IMG/VR virus record: IMGVR_UViG_3300020044_003264
Location: 1 to 37,997 of that record
DNA length: 37,997 nucleotides
Reading direction: 5' to 3' (one strand)
Origin: a virus
Lineage: Duplodnaviria; Caudoviricetes
Shown here: piece after piece, positions 1 through 11,800 of the stretch
Position numbering within the stretch: position 1 is the stretch's first letter
Layout: every line of letters begins with the position of its first letter
Translations under genes and position numbers: made by a program
Notes under the pieces: model-generated
The model's database searches: none
What the model was told of the DNA's origin: nothing
Seen by the model: the letters and a program-made list of their open reading frames with translations, nothing else

Positions 1-2
1 AA

Positions 3-143
3 ACTGTTGGTGGTTTTATTGGTAAGACAACATTATATGAAAATAAAGCAAATCAACCATATGTTGGATCATTTAATCGAATAGATTATTATAAAATACA
101 ATTAGAACGTTCAGATATTCAAGGTGAGTTAGCAATATGTTAA
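3..143 (+). CDS. 3' end of a probable head-tail joining (stopper-like) protein, truncated by the window edge
   Basis: Open frame TVGGFIGKTTLYENKANQPYVGSFNRIDYYKIQLERSDIQGELAIC*. It overlaps the next start and lies upstream of the tail genes. Confidence 0.5.
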   Translation, partial: TVGGFIGKTTLYENKANQPYVGSFNRIDYYKIQLERSDIQGELAIC

Positions 144-808
144 ATATTAAAATAAATGCAATGGAGTTGAACAGAACATTAAAAAATGTTATAGAATATT
201 CTGATGGATTTTTAAAAGGCATAGATATGAAAAAAATAGATTTTAACAATGAAGTTGCTGACTTTACCTCTGCTGCATTAAATAAATATATTGATGCTCA
301 AGCAAGAATGAATCCACTTAAATTACATCATGTATATGAATGGGGTAAAGCAGGAAATCAAGCATCAAGACTTTTTGAATTTGAAACAAAAGTTTCAGGA
401 AAAACCATATCATTTACTGGTAAATTTCTTCCATCAAAATCTATAAGTAGCACATCAAATGAACCATTTACAGATAAAGCAAATATTATGGAAAATTCCA
501 TTCAGGTAGTAATAGAACCTAAAAATAGTGATGTGCTAGCATTTGAAAATAATGGAGAGACAATATTTACTACAAATGCAATTTATATAGAGCATCCTGG
601 TGGAGATGAGATTGCTGGAAGTTTTGGAGAAACAGTAAATAATTTTTTTGAAAATTATTTTACTAATGGACTATTAAAGCCATTAATAGATAAATTATCA
701 AAAGCAAATGAATTTACTACATCATTTTCTTCTGGAGCAAAGGGTGGTAGAAATATTGGTATTCGTGCAGGAAAAGAATATTTAACTATTAAGGGGACAG
801 TAGAATGA
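137..808 (+). CDS. Virion neck/tail-completion-type protein (hypothetical)
   Basis: 223-aa ORF in the head-tail joining position, ATGA overlap with the next gene; LHHVYEWG motif. Confidence 0.5.
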   Translation: MLNIKINAMELNRTLKNVIEYSDGFLKGIDMKKIDFNNEVADFTSAALNKYIDAQARMNPLKLHHVYEWGKAGNQASRLFEFETKVSGKTISFTGKFLPSKSISSTSNEPFTDKANIMENSIQVVIEPKNSDVLAFENNGETIFTTNAIYIEHPGGDEIAGSFGETVNNFFENYFTNGLLKPLIDKLSKANEFTTSFSSGAKGGRNIGIRAGKEYLTIKGTVE

Positions 809-1308
809 GTCTAACAGATTTAACCCTTCCAGTTCTTGCAGTAAATGGATATTTATGGGACACCATAAAAGAAATTGAACCAAGTTTTTCAACTAGATAT
901 GGCTCTACTCTTCCCTTTTTTCCACTTAGCGATTCAGCAACGGGAGCAAGTTGGGAAAATAAACCTTATATTATCTATGACAGAATGATGAGAACTACAG
1001 GAAGCCCCTTCTATCCAGTAAAAAAAGATCACATACTTTATGCCGTAAAAGCAACAGATATTGAATCGTTGCAATGGGGGCTGGCAATTGAATATATTCT
1101 TGATAGAATGGATGATGCTGCTCAAGATATTAATGAATGGAATAGACAAAAAAATAATAAATATAAGGTATATTTTCATAGTTTGAGAGTATTCCAATCA
1201 GAGGCATCTACAAATAGAAACTTTAGCACAAGACCGTATTACATTACCGAATTTATTGTTCAGTCTGAATATCATTTTACTGAATCGTTAGAATCATTTT
1301 TAACATAA
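805..1308 (+). CDS. Putative tail terminator / tail completion protein
   Basis: 167 aa, directly upstream of the major tail protein; call based on size and synteny. Confidence 0.5.
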   Translation: MSLTDLTLPVLAVNGYLWDTIKEIEPSFSTRYGSTLPFFPLSDSATGASWENKPYIIYDRMMRTTGSPFYPVKKDHILYAVKATDIESLQWGLAIEYILDRMDDAAQDINEWNRQKNNKYKVYFHSLRVFQSEASTNRNFSTRPYYITEFIVQSEYHFTESLESFLT

Positions 1309-1314
1309 AAAGCA

Positions 1315-1322
1315 GGTATAAT
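1315..1322 (+). promoter_or_regulatory. Putative -10 promoter element (GGTATAAT) for the major tail gene
   Basis: Intergenic TATAAT, followed by an SD-like GAGGTG before ATG 1376. Confidence 0.55.
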
Positions 1323-1375
1323 TAATACTGAGGAAACACGCCAAAAAAATAAAAGGAAAATAGAGGTGAAATAAT

Positions 1376-2050
1376 ATGGCTTACAGTCGTGGTGATTCAA
1401 AGCAGATTATCGTTGGTGCAGCAGCACTATTCGTATCAAAGACTGCTGAATTCAGTCCAACAAATACCAGCCCAGTACTACCAGATTTCGTAGCAGGTAC
1501 AGCATATCGTGAAACTCTCACAAGTGCTTCAACGGTTGTTCGTAACGTTGGCTACACAATGAATGGTTTAGAAATTCAATTCCAACCAGATTTTGGTGAG
1601 GTTCAGGTAGATCAACTTCTTGACGTTGCAAAGTTGTACAAGCAGGGTATGAAGGTTAACCTTAATACTGCATTTGCAGAAGCAACTCTTGAGAATCTTC
1701 TTGTAGCAGTTGCTGCTAGCAGCAATGATCTTGCACAGGATGTCAAGTTAGACAATCCACTTGAGGCAGGAACAGTTAACTATGCAGACGTTATGGAGAT
1801 TAAGTCAGGAGAACTTGGCGAATGCCCAGTAGAGCGTGGACTTATTGCAATTGGACCTGGCACAGGAGATTGTGCAGCAGGAAGTTCAATTGAAAGAATC
1901 TATGTTGCTTACCGTGCGCTCTCAATTGAGAACGTTACAGTGTCTGCAAAGCGTGATGCTCCTTCAATGTTTGAAGTTTCATTCCGTTTGCTCCCAGCAA
2001 ACAACGGTTCATACGGAAAGATCGTTGACCGTCTTGTCCCATCTTCATGA
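1376..2050 (+). CDS. Major tail (tube) protein
   Basis: Motifs IIVGAAALF, NVGYTMNGLE, VDQLLD, FAEATLENL and FEVSFRLLP are typical of siphovirus tube proteins. Followed by a terminator, chaperones and the tape measure. Confidence 0.85.
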   Translation: MAYSRGDSKQIIVGAAALFVSKTAEFSPTNTSPVLPDFVAGTAYRETLTSASTVVRNVGYTMNGLEIQFQPDFGEVQVDQLLDVAKLYKQGMKVNLNTAFAEATLENLLVAVAASSNDLAQDVKLDNPLEAGTVNYADVMEIKSGELGECPVERGLIAIGPGTGDCAAGSSIERIYVAYRALSIENVTVSAKRDAPSMFEVSFRLLPANNGSYGKIVDRLVPSS

Positions 2051-2075
2051 TAGGATTATAACTTAATAGGCATTT

Positions 2076-2099
2076 GCCCCGCTTCGGCGGGGCTTTTGT
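2076..2099 (+). terminator. Rho-independent terminator
   Basis: GCCCCGC-TTCG-GCGGGGC hairpin with a C(UUCG)G loop, followed by TTTTGT. Confidence 0.9.
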
Positions 2100-2105
2100 C
2101 ATGCA

Positions 2106-2114
2106 TGATATAAT
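2106..2114 (+). promoter_or_regulatory. Extended -10 promoter (TGATATAAT)
   Basis: Immediately after the terminator and before the chaperone gene. The same 9-mer recurs at 2861 and 21827. Confidence 0.65.
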
Positions 2115-2147
2115 TTATTCACTAACCTTAGAAAGGGTAAAAAATAA

Positions 2148-2489
2148 ATGGCTACTACAGTTTTTGAAAAAACAGATCTCGTCCTTATGGACGGAACAAA
2201 GATAGTTATGCGACCACTTAAGATTTCACTTCTTCGTAAATTCATGAAAAAGTTTGATACCGTTGTTGATGTTGCTTCAAGCAATGTTGACTCAATGGAT
2301 GTATTGATTGATTGCGCCCTTATTGCAATGGAACAATATTCTCCAGAACTTTCAACAGATCGTGAAAAGTTTGAAGATGTTGCAGATATCAAAATGGTTT
2401 ATAAGATTATTGAAGTTGCCTCTGGCATCAAGTTGGACGCAGAGGGAAACGATCAGACGGTAGCAGCGGCACTACTTGGTCAGAACTAG
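2148..2489 (+). CDS. Tail assembly chaperone (gpG-like)
   Basis: 113 aa between the major tail gene and the tape measure; contains an in-frame slippery site. Confidence 0.8.
   Translation: MATTVFEKTDLVLMDGTKIVMRPLKISLLRKFMKKFDTVVDVASSNVDSMDVLIDCALIAMEQYSPELSTDREKFEDVADIKMVYKIIEVASGIKLDAEGNDQTVAAALLGQN
2444..2450 (+). other. -1 programmed ribosomal frameshift site G GGA AAC
   Basis: X XXY YYZ heptamer in the correct phase. The -1 frame is open from 2414 to the stop at 2851. Confidence 0.85.
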
Positions 2490-2851
2490 ACCTTGCTACC
2501 CTTGAAGCAGAAATTTTTCTTTTAGGTAATTGGAAAGATTATGAAGAATTAGAAAATAATCTTTCTATGCCAGAGATAACTGCTACATTGACAGCAATAA
2601 GAGAAAAAGAAAATAATCATAATAAATTCTTAGCAGCGATACAAGGAATTGATCTTGATGGAGAGTCTCAAGAAACCAAGGGACAAAAAGAATGGGAAGA
2701 TATAAAAGCAAGAGTATTTAGCGGAGGAACGGCAACAGATTCAAACGATATTACTTCTCTTCAAGGTATAAATGCATCACAGGCTGGATTTGGTATTGGA
2801 GCGGGGTTATCATACAACAATCTTGGAAATGAAAATGGCAGTTGGAATTAA
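2450..2851 (+). CDS. gpT-like C-terminal part of the frameshifted chaperone (fusion about 234 aa)
   Basis: The -1 frame reads RSDGSSGTTWSELDLATLEAEIFLLGNWKDYEELENNLSMPEIT..., so the listed ATG at 2567 is internal. Confidence 0.8.
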   Translation, partial: RSDGSSGTTWSELDLATLEAEIFLLGNWKDYEELENNLSMPEITATLTAIREKENNHNKFLAAIQGIDLDGESQETKGQKEWEDIKARVFSGGTATDSNDITSLQGINASQAGFGIGAGLSYNNLGNENGSWN

Positions 2852-2860
2852 CCCCTAAGA

Positions 2861-2869
2861 TGATATAAT
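2861..2869 (+). promoter_or_regulatory. Extended -10 promoter (TGATATAAT) for the tape measure gene
   Basis: Intergenic, followed by AAGGTG and ATG 2889. Confidence 0.65.
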
Positions 2870-2888
2870 CTATTAAGGTGAAAATATA

Positions 2889-5800
2889 ATGTCAGATGTA
2901 AACGCTATTATTAATATAGATATAAATTCTACTTCTGCATTGACAAATCTTAAAAGACTTGAAAGTCAAATTGATCAATTTAATAGATCAATTGCAACAA
3001 GTAATGCAACTGCTGCAGCATCACAACAAAGTTTAAATAGAGCGCTTCTTGATGGTATTAATAATACTGGGTTATTTACTGCAAAAATTACTCCAGTTGA
3101 ATCATCAATGATAAGATTTTCAAGATCTCTTGATGAAGGACGCCTATCTCTTGGAGAATATACAAAATATGCTAGTTCTCAATTACCTGGATTAAGTAGG
3201 GTATTTAAAAGAGAATTTGACAGTATTGAGCAAGTTGCTACATCTAGAGTAAAAAGTATGCAAACTCAATACTTGGCTCTCGGAAAAACGGTAGATGGAG
3301 TTACAAGAACAATTGCCTCAACTCCAACAGGTTTAGGAAAAGGCTTGGCTACAGATTTAGCCATGGTTCAACAGCGTCAACAAATATTTAATAAACTGCT
3401 TGATGATGGTTCCACAAAATTGCTCAACTGGGGAAAGAACACTCAGTGGGCTGGTCGTCAGTTGATGGTTGGATTTACGCTTCCTCTTGCTGCATTTGGT
3501 GCGGCAGCATCTAAAACATTCATGGAGATTGATAAAGCAACAATTTCACTTAAAAGAGTATATGGAGATTTAAATACAACCAAAGCAGAATTAGATTCAA
3601 ATGTTCAGGCAATTAAGGGTCTTGGTAAGGAATATACAAAATATGGAATAACATTGGCTCAGACTATAGAATTGTCTGGACGAGCGGCAGCCACTGGTGC
3701 GACTAATGAAAAACTTATGGCAGCAACTGAACAGACTCTAAGGTTTGCAACTCTTGGTCAAATGGATTACAATCAAGCACTTGATACAACTATTTCACTT
3801 CAAACTGCATTTGCTATCTCAAATGAGGATCTTGGAAAAACTGTTGACTACCTAAACGCGGTAGAAAACCAAACAATCCTTACGATGGAGGATATGTCAC
3901 TTGCTATTCCAAGAGTTGCAACAGTCGTCAAGGGTCTTGGAGGTAGTGTACAAGATTTAGCAGTAATGATGACAGCAATGCGCGAGGGTGGTGTTAGCGC
4001 AGAAAATGCTGCAAACGGTTTGAAGTCTGGTCTTGCATCATTGATTAATCCAACAGATCGAGCATCTGAAGGTTTGGCTAAAATGGGTATTAATCTTAAT
4101 TCAATAATAAAGCAAAATAAGGGCGACCTTATGGGCATTATTACTGAATTTGGAACGGCAATTAATAAATTAGATGAATTTAGTCGTCAACAAGTTCTTG
4201 AACAAGTTTTTGGTAAGTATCAATACGCAAGAATGAGTGCATTATTTACCAACATCACAAAGGATGCTGGGCAGGCAGCAAGAGCAATGGATATTGCTGG
4301 AATGTCAGCAGCAGATCTTGCCAAGGTATCAGAAAAAGAACTTGGTCAAATATCTGAATCAACATCTGTAAAATTTCAAGCAGCAATGGAACAACTTAAA
4401 ATTTCTATTGCTCCTATTGGGGAGGCATTCTTAAAAGGAATTACTCCAATAGTTAACATGGTTTCAAAAATTGCAGATGCATTTAATAATCTTCCCGATG
4501 GTGTTAAAAACACGATTGCAGTTGTCACAGGATTAGTTGCAGGTCTTGGACCAGTATTTCTTATGACAATTGGTTTGCTTGGTAACGGTTTGGCAAACTT
4601 AGTTAAAGGTTTTCAATTTTTTAGAAAAATGATTGCAGGAATTAAAGGTGATGCCTCAGCATTTACTTGGTTAGCACAAGGAGAACTTGAAGCAGTTACA
4701 GCAAGCAAAGCACTTGAAGGAAGTGCTACTAATCTTACCGATAAATTACTTCTTCAAAGAGGAGCCGTTGCTGGACTTACCGCAGAATACGAAAGATTTG
4801 CTGTTGTTGCAGGACTTGCAGGAGCAAGAATGGGCGGCATGGGTGGGGGAACAGCAACTCGTGGTGCAGCAAGCAAGCGTACTCTGCCATCACCTAGAGG
4901 TTTTGCAACAGGTGGAATAGTTCCTGGTACAGGAAGTGGCGATACAATTCCAGCCCTTCTGACACCTGGTGAAAGTGTAATTACTAAAAAGGCTACGCAA
5001 AAGTATGCTCCAATCCTTCAACAGATGAACGATGGAACTCTACCTGGATTTGCTTTTGGAACAATTGCTGAAGGAATGCAATCTGCTATCTTTAAAAAAA
5101 CTGGAAGGCAAATGGTTTCAAGAAGCGGAAAGATTCCAAACCTTCCAGCCGCAGCATTAACTTCAACTGGATCTGGACTTAGTTGGCAGAGTCAAGGTCC
5201 AATGCTTGCAAGAGAGAGTGAAGCATTAGGGAGGCCGACAACAAGAGGAGGTAAAAAAGAAGATTGGAAAGATGTTCAGCGTGGTCATGTTGTTTCAGCA
5301 ATAAGAAACGGGAAAGATCAGTACAATCCTGGAATAATGCTTTGGCAAAGAGGATCAATTAATCAAAGGCTTAAAAGTGATAGCAAGAATCCCGTCACTG
5401 CACAAGAATTAATTGATGATTTTGAAAGTTTAGATGTTCATCCAGCATCCATGCTATCTAGCGCAATGATTGGATTAGGGGTAGATGCAACTGAAGCAAG
5501 AACTTATGCAAAAAAAGCATATGAAGATATGGTTAAAAGATTGGCAAAAGAAACAAAAAGAAAACCTCCAACTTTATTTGGAGGATCAGAAAAAAGTTTT
5601 GAAGATTTTGCTGAACAAAGTTTTAGAAGTATCTTACCAACAGAAATTTTTGATAGTTTATATTCTTTAGGAACATATCGTGCTGGTGGAGGAAGATCGA
5701 AAAAGGCAATTCTTAGACCAGTAGAACTTTCTGGTGGAAGAGTCTCTATTGGACAAGCATTGAAATCATGGCAAACGAGTTCTAGAGTAGTAAGAGAAGA

Positions 5801-8800
5801 TCCAGAAATGCTTGGTGCATTAATGAGTGGAATGCGACCATCACAATCAGCAAAAACATTAACCAGAGGAACAACTCTTGGTCTTTCAAGGGGTAGCGAA
5901 TTTGATCCAACAGATGAAAGAATGATTATGGACGCCTTGCGTTCTGGAAATGTTGATAGTCTTATTGGTAGAACATTTCCAATGAGGGGACCAATTTCCT
6001 ACACTGCTGGAAATTCTGATTCTGCAATTAATGCTATGAGACAAAATTCAGATGTAAACAGAATTGAAGAGTTAAAAAGACAACACACTCAAGCAAAAAT
6101 AAAGCACAAGGCTGATTTAGAAAAAATTAAACAACTAAAAGAAAAAATTGCATTGGGAACAGCAGGTCCAGCAACCATGCGTAGGTATGAAGCACAACTT
6201 GCAGAATTAGAGGGCTTTGTCTCCATGTATGCTGCTGGGCAAAAAAGAAGAGGAAAGGAGATAAAAAGTTTAACATCAAGAGGATATGAAGATTTGCTAA
6301 TTGAGCAAAGTTTTCCATCTGGAAGTTCAATGATAGATGTAAATGAAATAAATCCAAGTGGTACATTTATGGGCAAAGATGTATCAAGAGAAAATGAATT
6401 CTTGTCTGGTGGATCAATGGTAAGGATAAAAGGTGTAAAAGTTGATTCAAAAACTGGACTTCAAACACTTGAACTTGAAACAATATCCGATAACATTCAA
6501 AGGCGTGCATTAGGTGGACCAATAGTTCCAGGAAGTGGAAACAACGATACAGTACCCGCAATGCTAACTCCAGGAGAGTTTGTAATTAATAAGCAAGCAA
6601 CTCAAGCAAACTTACCATTACTTCATGCAATTAATAATGGAAAAATTGTTAATAAAAATAAGGGTGGAATGATTGATGGTATTCAATATTTTGCAGAAGG
6701 TGGTGAGGCTCAATCAGATAGAGGTAGTGCGTCTGGCTCTGGGGCATACAAAGCAGAAACAAGAAGAATAATGGCTGTTGGATGGGATAGCCTGCAAACA
6801 GAAAAATTAATCTTAGAGGCTATGCGAGATAATAATAAAATTACTCAATCACAATTTGATGCCTTTAGTCAAGGAGAAACATCTCATATAACTCCAGAAG
6901 TCGGTCCAAATGGAGGAAAGATGTGGAGACCATCAAACATGATGGCAGATTTAGGATTAATTAATAATTATATTGAAGCACAAAAAGGTACATCTAAAAA
7001 AGCATTAGGAAATGCTAAATTATTTGGTGAAATTCAAAGTAAAACAAGTCTTTCCGCAGAACGCTTGCGTGCAGAATTAGATTTACTTTCACGAGGATTC
7101 CATGCAACAACAAGAGAATCTGCTATGGCATTGCGAGCACTTTCTCAAGTTGGTGATCAAACTGCACAAAAAATAGCAGTAAATAAAGTTTTAGAGGCTA
7201 GACTACAAGGAACGTTTTATGATACTTTAAATGCACCAGAAAGACAATACCGTTCAGACCTTCCAGTAGAAGAAAAATTCGGTAAGCGTGGCAAGGGTGG
7301 TAATCGTGGTAGAAACATTCCTCAGCCTGAAACTAGAGATCCAATGCGTCCACCAAAAGTATCATCACAGGAAGCAGACAGAATAAGAAGGCAAGCAAGA
7401 ACAGAAGCAGAAAGAAGTCTTATTGCTGAAAGAGGAGTTCCTTTTATTCAAAATAGTGATTATGAAAAAGAAATAGAAAAAAGAGCCAAGGATATAAGAA
7501 CTAGAGAATATAAAAGAATAAGCAAGGAACATGGAAGAGAGCAGGCAAGACTTATTGCAATATCAAGACAAAGCGAGATGCAACAGCCAACTCCAGAATT
7601 GGATATGAATGTTCCAAACTCAGAAGAAGAAAGAAACTTAAGAAGACAAGCCAGAAGACAAAAAATAGGTAAAGGTCTTAAAGGAGCAGGAGGAGCAGTT
7701 GGTATGCTTTCGATGCTTCCCTTTATGATGCAAAATGAAGAAGGAAAGTTCATGGGCATGGATGCAAACATGCTGGGCACTGGAATGATGGTTGGTGGTA
7801 TGGCTATGCCAGCAATGGGAAGTGCAGTTAGTGCAGCGGGTGGAGCAGGGATGCTTGCAGGAGGTGGCATAATTGCAACCCTTGGTACAGTTTTAGCACC
7901 TCTTGCTGCGGCTGCTGCCATTGCTGGTGTTGGATTAATGATATGGAGAAAGAATATTGATAATACTTCTAAAGAAACTGCTAAATTAGCATCTAATGTT
8001 GGAGTAACAGCAAATTCTTTAGGAGAAATATCAAAAATATTAGGAGTCTCAACTCCATCTCAAAGACAAGCCCAAATGAACTTAGGAATAACAAAAGAAG
8101 ACATTCAAAATCAAGAAATAATTTCTCCAATTCTTCAAAGTGAAGGTGGTCAAAAATTTATTGAAGAATTAAAAACTGCAACATCTGAAGAAAGATTTAA
8201 AAAATTAGCAGATTACACTAAAGCGGCTATTGCCTCAGGAATGATGGACAAGTCAACGGCTTCAACATTTGCTAAGGGGGTCAGCCTTTCATTAAACGAT
8301 GTTCTTCTTGGAAGAAGAATGATGCCAGTTATATCTGGTCAAAAGATTGGCAGTGGTGGAATGATGTCCATAGCAGATGAAAGAATTTCTGCTCTTAATA
8401 AATCCTCAGAAATAAAAAGAGTTGCAGCAGCAAGCGGAGAATCTCGAACTATCACAACTGCTGACGCGGCCTATACAGTAGGGGCAACAACTCAAGTAAT
8501 ATCTGATCTTTCTAATGTTATTGCTTTGGCTAGAGAAGAGTACGATAAGGGAACAATATCATTTGAAAAGATGAGATCAACAGTAGACAAGGCAACTGCT
8601 TCTCAGAATGAATACAGCAGTATGCTTACAAAAGCAATTTCTGGGTCTATGGAGCAAGGTGGAACCAGACAAGCACTCAATGATGCTCTTGTCACTATGG
8701 GTGTTGATCCAGAAAAATTATCAACATTTAAGAATGCTATGGATATAGGTGTGGGCGGTCCTGGAGTAAGTGCTTTTCAACAAGAACAAACAAAAAGAAT

Positions 8801-11800
8801 TTTGACAGAAAAGGGAATGTCTGGAAACATAGTTACTAATCCAAATGCAATCGGCAGTAGTAGAAGTGCGGCATATGGTGCAAGATTCTCTAATTTAACT
8901 GGAAGCGCCAAATCTTTTGAAAATTATCAAGCAGCAAAAGAACAAGCAGCAAGAGATGAAAGTGCCATTGTAAATGCTCAAACTTCTGGATTAGCAGAGC
9001 AATTACTTCAAGCAGTTGCAGCAAATAAGATTACAATAGATCAAGCAAATGTAATTTCAGAACAAGTAAGAACTGGATCAAAATTTGGAATGGATCTTGT
9101 TCGTGAGTTTAATGCAGGAGCAAAAGATTTAGGAGGAACCTTAAATGCATTATTTGTAGCCTCATCAAGAACAGCAGATATTGCTGGAGTTAGCGATGCT
9201 AAGGTTATGGGAATTTCACAAAAAGATAGGTATATTTCCGCTGGTGCAGCATTTGGACGTAAAGGTGGAGATGTTGAACAATATGCTGCTTTAATTGAAA
9301 GTATTCCATCACAAAAAAGAATAGACATTATCACAACATTTAATGGGTTAACATATGAACAACAATCAAAAGAAATAGCAGACATGACTCAGTTATCCGC
9401 AGCGGGTGGATCAGAAAATGCTGGAAAACTTCAATCATCTGATTTTTATCAAAAAGAATTAAAAAAGGGAAAAACAAAAGCAATTATAGACAGAAGTGTT
9501 GGTGCAGCAAATGCAGGAGTTGGAGAAGACTATTTAAGTATAATGGCAACAATAACAGCAGAAGATAATGGGGAGCCAATTAGTTCAAAAGAATATTACA
9601 GTAGATCTAAGATAGTGTTAAAAGCATTAAAAGACTTTAGTTCTAATGATAAAGTAAAAAAACAAAAGGCTGGAATAATTTTAATGCAACAAATTGAAGA
9701 TCCAGATGGAAAAAAAATATCAGCAAAAGATGCAGAAAAAGGAATGCAAGACTTAATGAAAAGATTTGGAAAAGGTAAAACATTAAATCTTCCACGTACT
9801 GTATTTAAAAAAGTATTAATTTTAGAATCAAAAGTTATAGGTTTACAAAAAATGATAGATGCAGAAAAAACAATATTATCAACCTTAGATGCTGGTAGTC
9901 AAAAAGCACAAGATTTAAGGTTAGCAATCAGATTGCAAGAAAATGCTCAAGTTGCACTTTACGATCAAATACAATCTGAATATGATCAATCTGGTGTAAG
10001 TGGCGGTGGGGGTGGCGGTAAAGGCGGTGGTGGTGGAACAAACCCACTATTAGATTTTAAAAAATCATTACTAGAACAAATAAAACTTTATGCAGATATA
10101 GAAGCAACATTAAAAACTCTTTTTTCTGCAAAAAATTCAATTCTTGGAATTCTTTCAAAAAATAATGGAATAGATGATAAACTTCGGGCTGCTGGTCTAG
10201 GTGAAACCATGGTTCAAAGCATTATGGGTATGGGTGCTGATGCTGCAAAGAAGTGGATTGGCAAAAATATATCTGGTGGTAAATTAAACGCGGCAGGAAA
10301 ACAAGAACAAACTATTGCAAGGGCAAATGTTCTAGGAGCAGCGGGAAGTCAAGCAGAAGGAGCAATTAATACTGCTAAAGCACAACAGCAGGCATCTGCA
10401 TATCTTATTACTGGAAAATATGGCAAAGGAAAAAAGCAAACATTAGGTCAGGCAAGTGGTCAAGTTTTATCAATGATTGCAGGAAGTCCTGAACTTTCCG
10501 ATGCATATGTTGCTGCTGTAAATGAAGTAATTGCTGCTGATAAGAAATACCGATCATCAACGGGAGAAGCAAAAGTAAAAGCCAAAAATGAATGGGATGC
10601 AAAAAGAGAAAGTTTAGAAAAATATTTAAAAAGATTAGATGAATCTATAACACAACAAACAGTTGCTGGAAAATTAACAGAAGCCAGAGCAACAATAAAG
10701 GAAGATGCTGCTAAAAATTTTGCAAAGAATAGACTTGCAAAAGATTCATCAATTTCAAAAGAATTAAGAGATGCAATATCAGGTGATGGAGCATCTAGTT
10801 TAGCATATATACAACTTGGTAATGCGGTAACCAGAAGTCAAGCAGCACTTGCAAAAACAAAAAAGGGCAGTAGAGGATACGCAAAGAAAAAACAACAGGC
10901 TGAATTTGCTCAATCAGCATTTAGTGATTTTATGAAAGGGCAGGAGTTGGGGCTTGGTGATCCTGAACAAAGACGACTTCAAGCAAATTTAGATCTAGCA
11001 AATAAAGCAAAAGAAGAATCAGATAAATTATATAAAGCACAAACAGATCCATTAATAGAGCAAATTAATTTAATCAATAGACAAATTGAAGCAATTCAAA
11101 AACTTAACGATGCTGATCAAAATAGAATCAGAAATCTTAATAGAGAAAAAGAAATGCTTGAACGTGATATTGAAGCCATTAATCGTAAAAATGAAAAAGA
11201 TCAAGTTAGCATAGAAAAACTTCAGCGTGAAGATGAATTAAGAAATCGCGTTGCAGATGCATTGAACCATGAACTATCTCTTATGAGTAATCAAGAAACA
11301 AAAATACGAGAAGCCTATGATAAAAGAGTTAAGGCTCTTGATGAAGTTGCAAAAATTAATGACTATATAATTGGTCAACAAAAAAGTCAATTGGGTCTTG
11401 CTCAAGCATTAAGTCAAGGAGATGTTTATGCCGCTGCCGCAGCACAACAAGAAATGCAAACGGGTACTGCTCAATTTGCTCAAAATCAAATGCGTGCAGG
11501 ACTTCAAACGGGCATGGAGAATCAAGTTGCTGGACTTACAACTTCTGGTGGATTAACGAGGGTACAGGCAGAAGATCAAATTCGTGCAATAGGTGAGCAA
11601 TCATATCAAACATCGTTGCTTGTCAGAGATTTACAAGATGTAATTTATGCAAGAAATCTTGATATTGCAGCAATAAAAGAAACAATACGAGGAAAAGATG
11701 ATGATATTCGAAGGATTCAAGACGATATATATAAGAGAGAAACAAACATAATTGGACTTCAAACAGGAAAACTAACAGATTTGAATAATCAATTAACTGC

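Noticed and set aside
9990-10040. Poly-Gly / GGT-GGC-rich tract in the tape measure
   Set aside because: Most simply a flexible linker; no evidence for another role.
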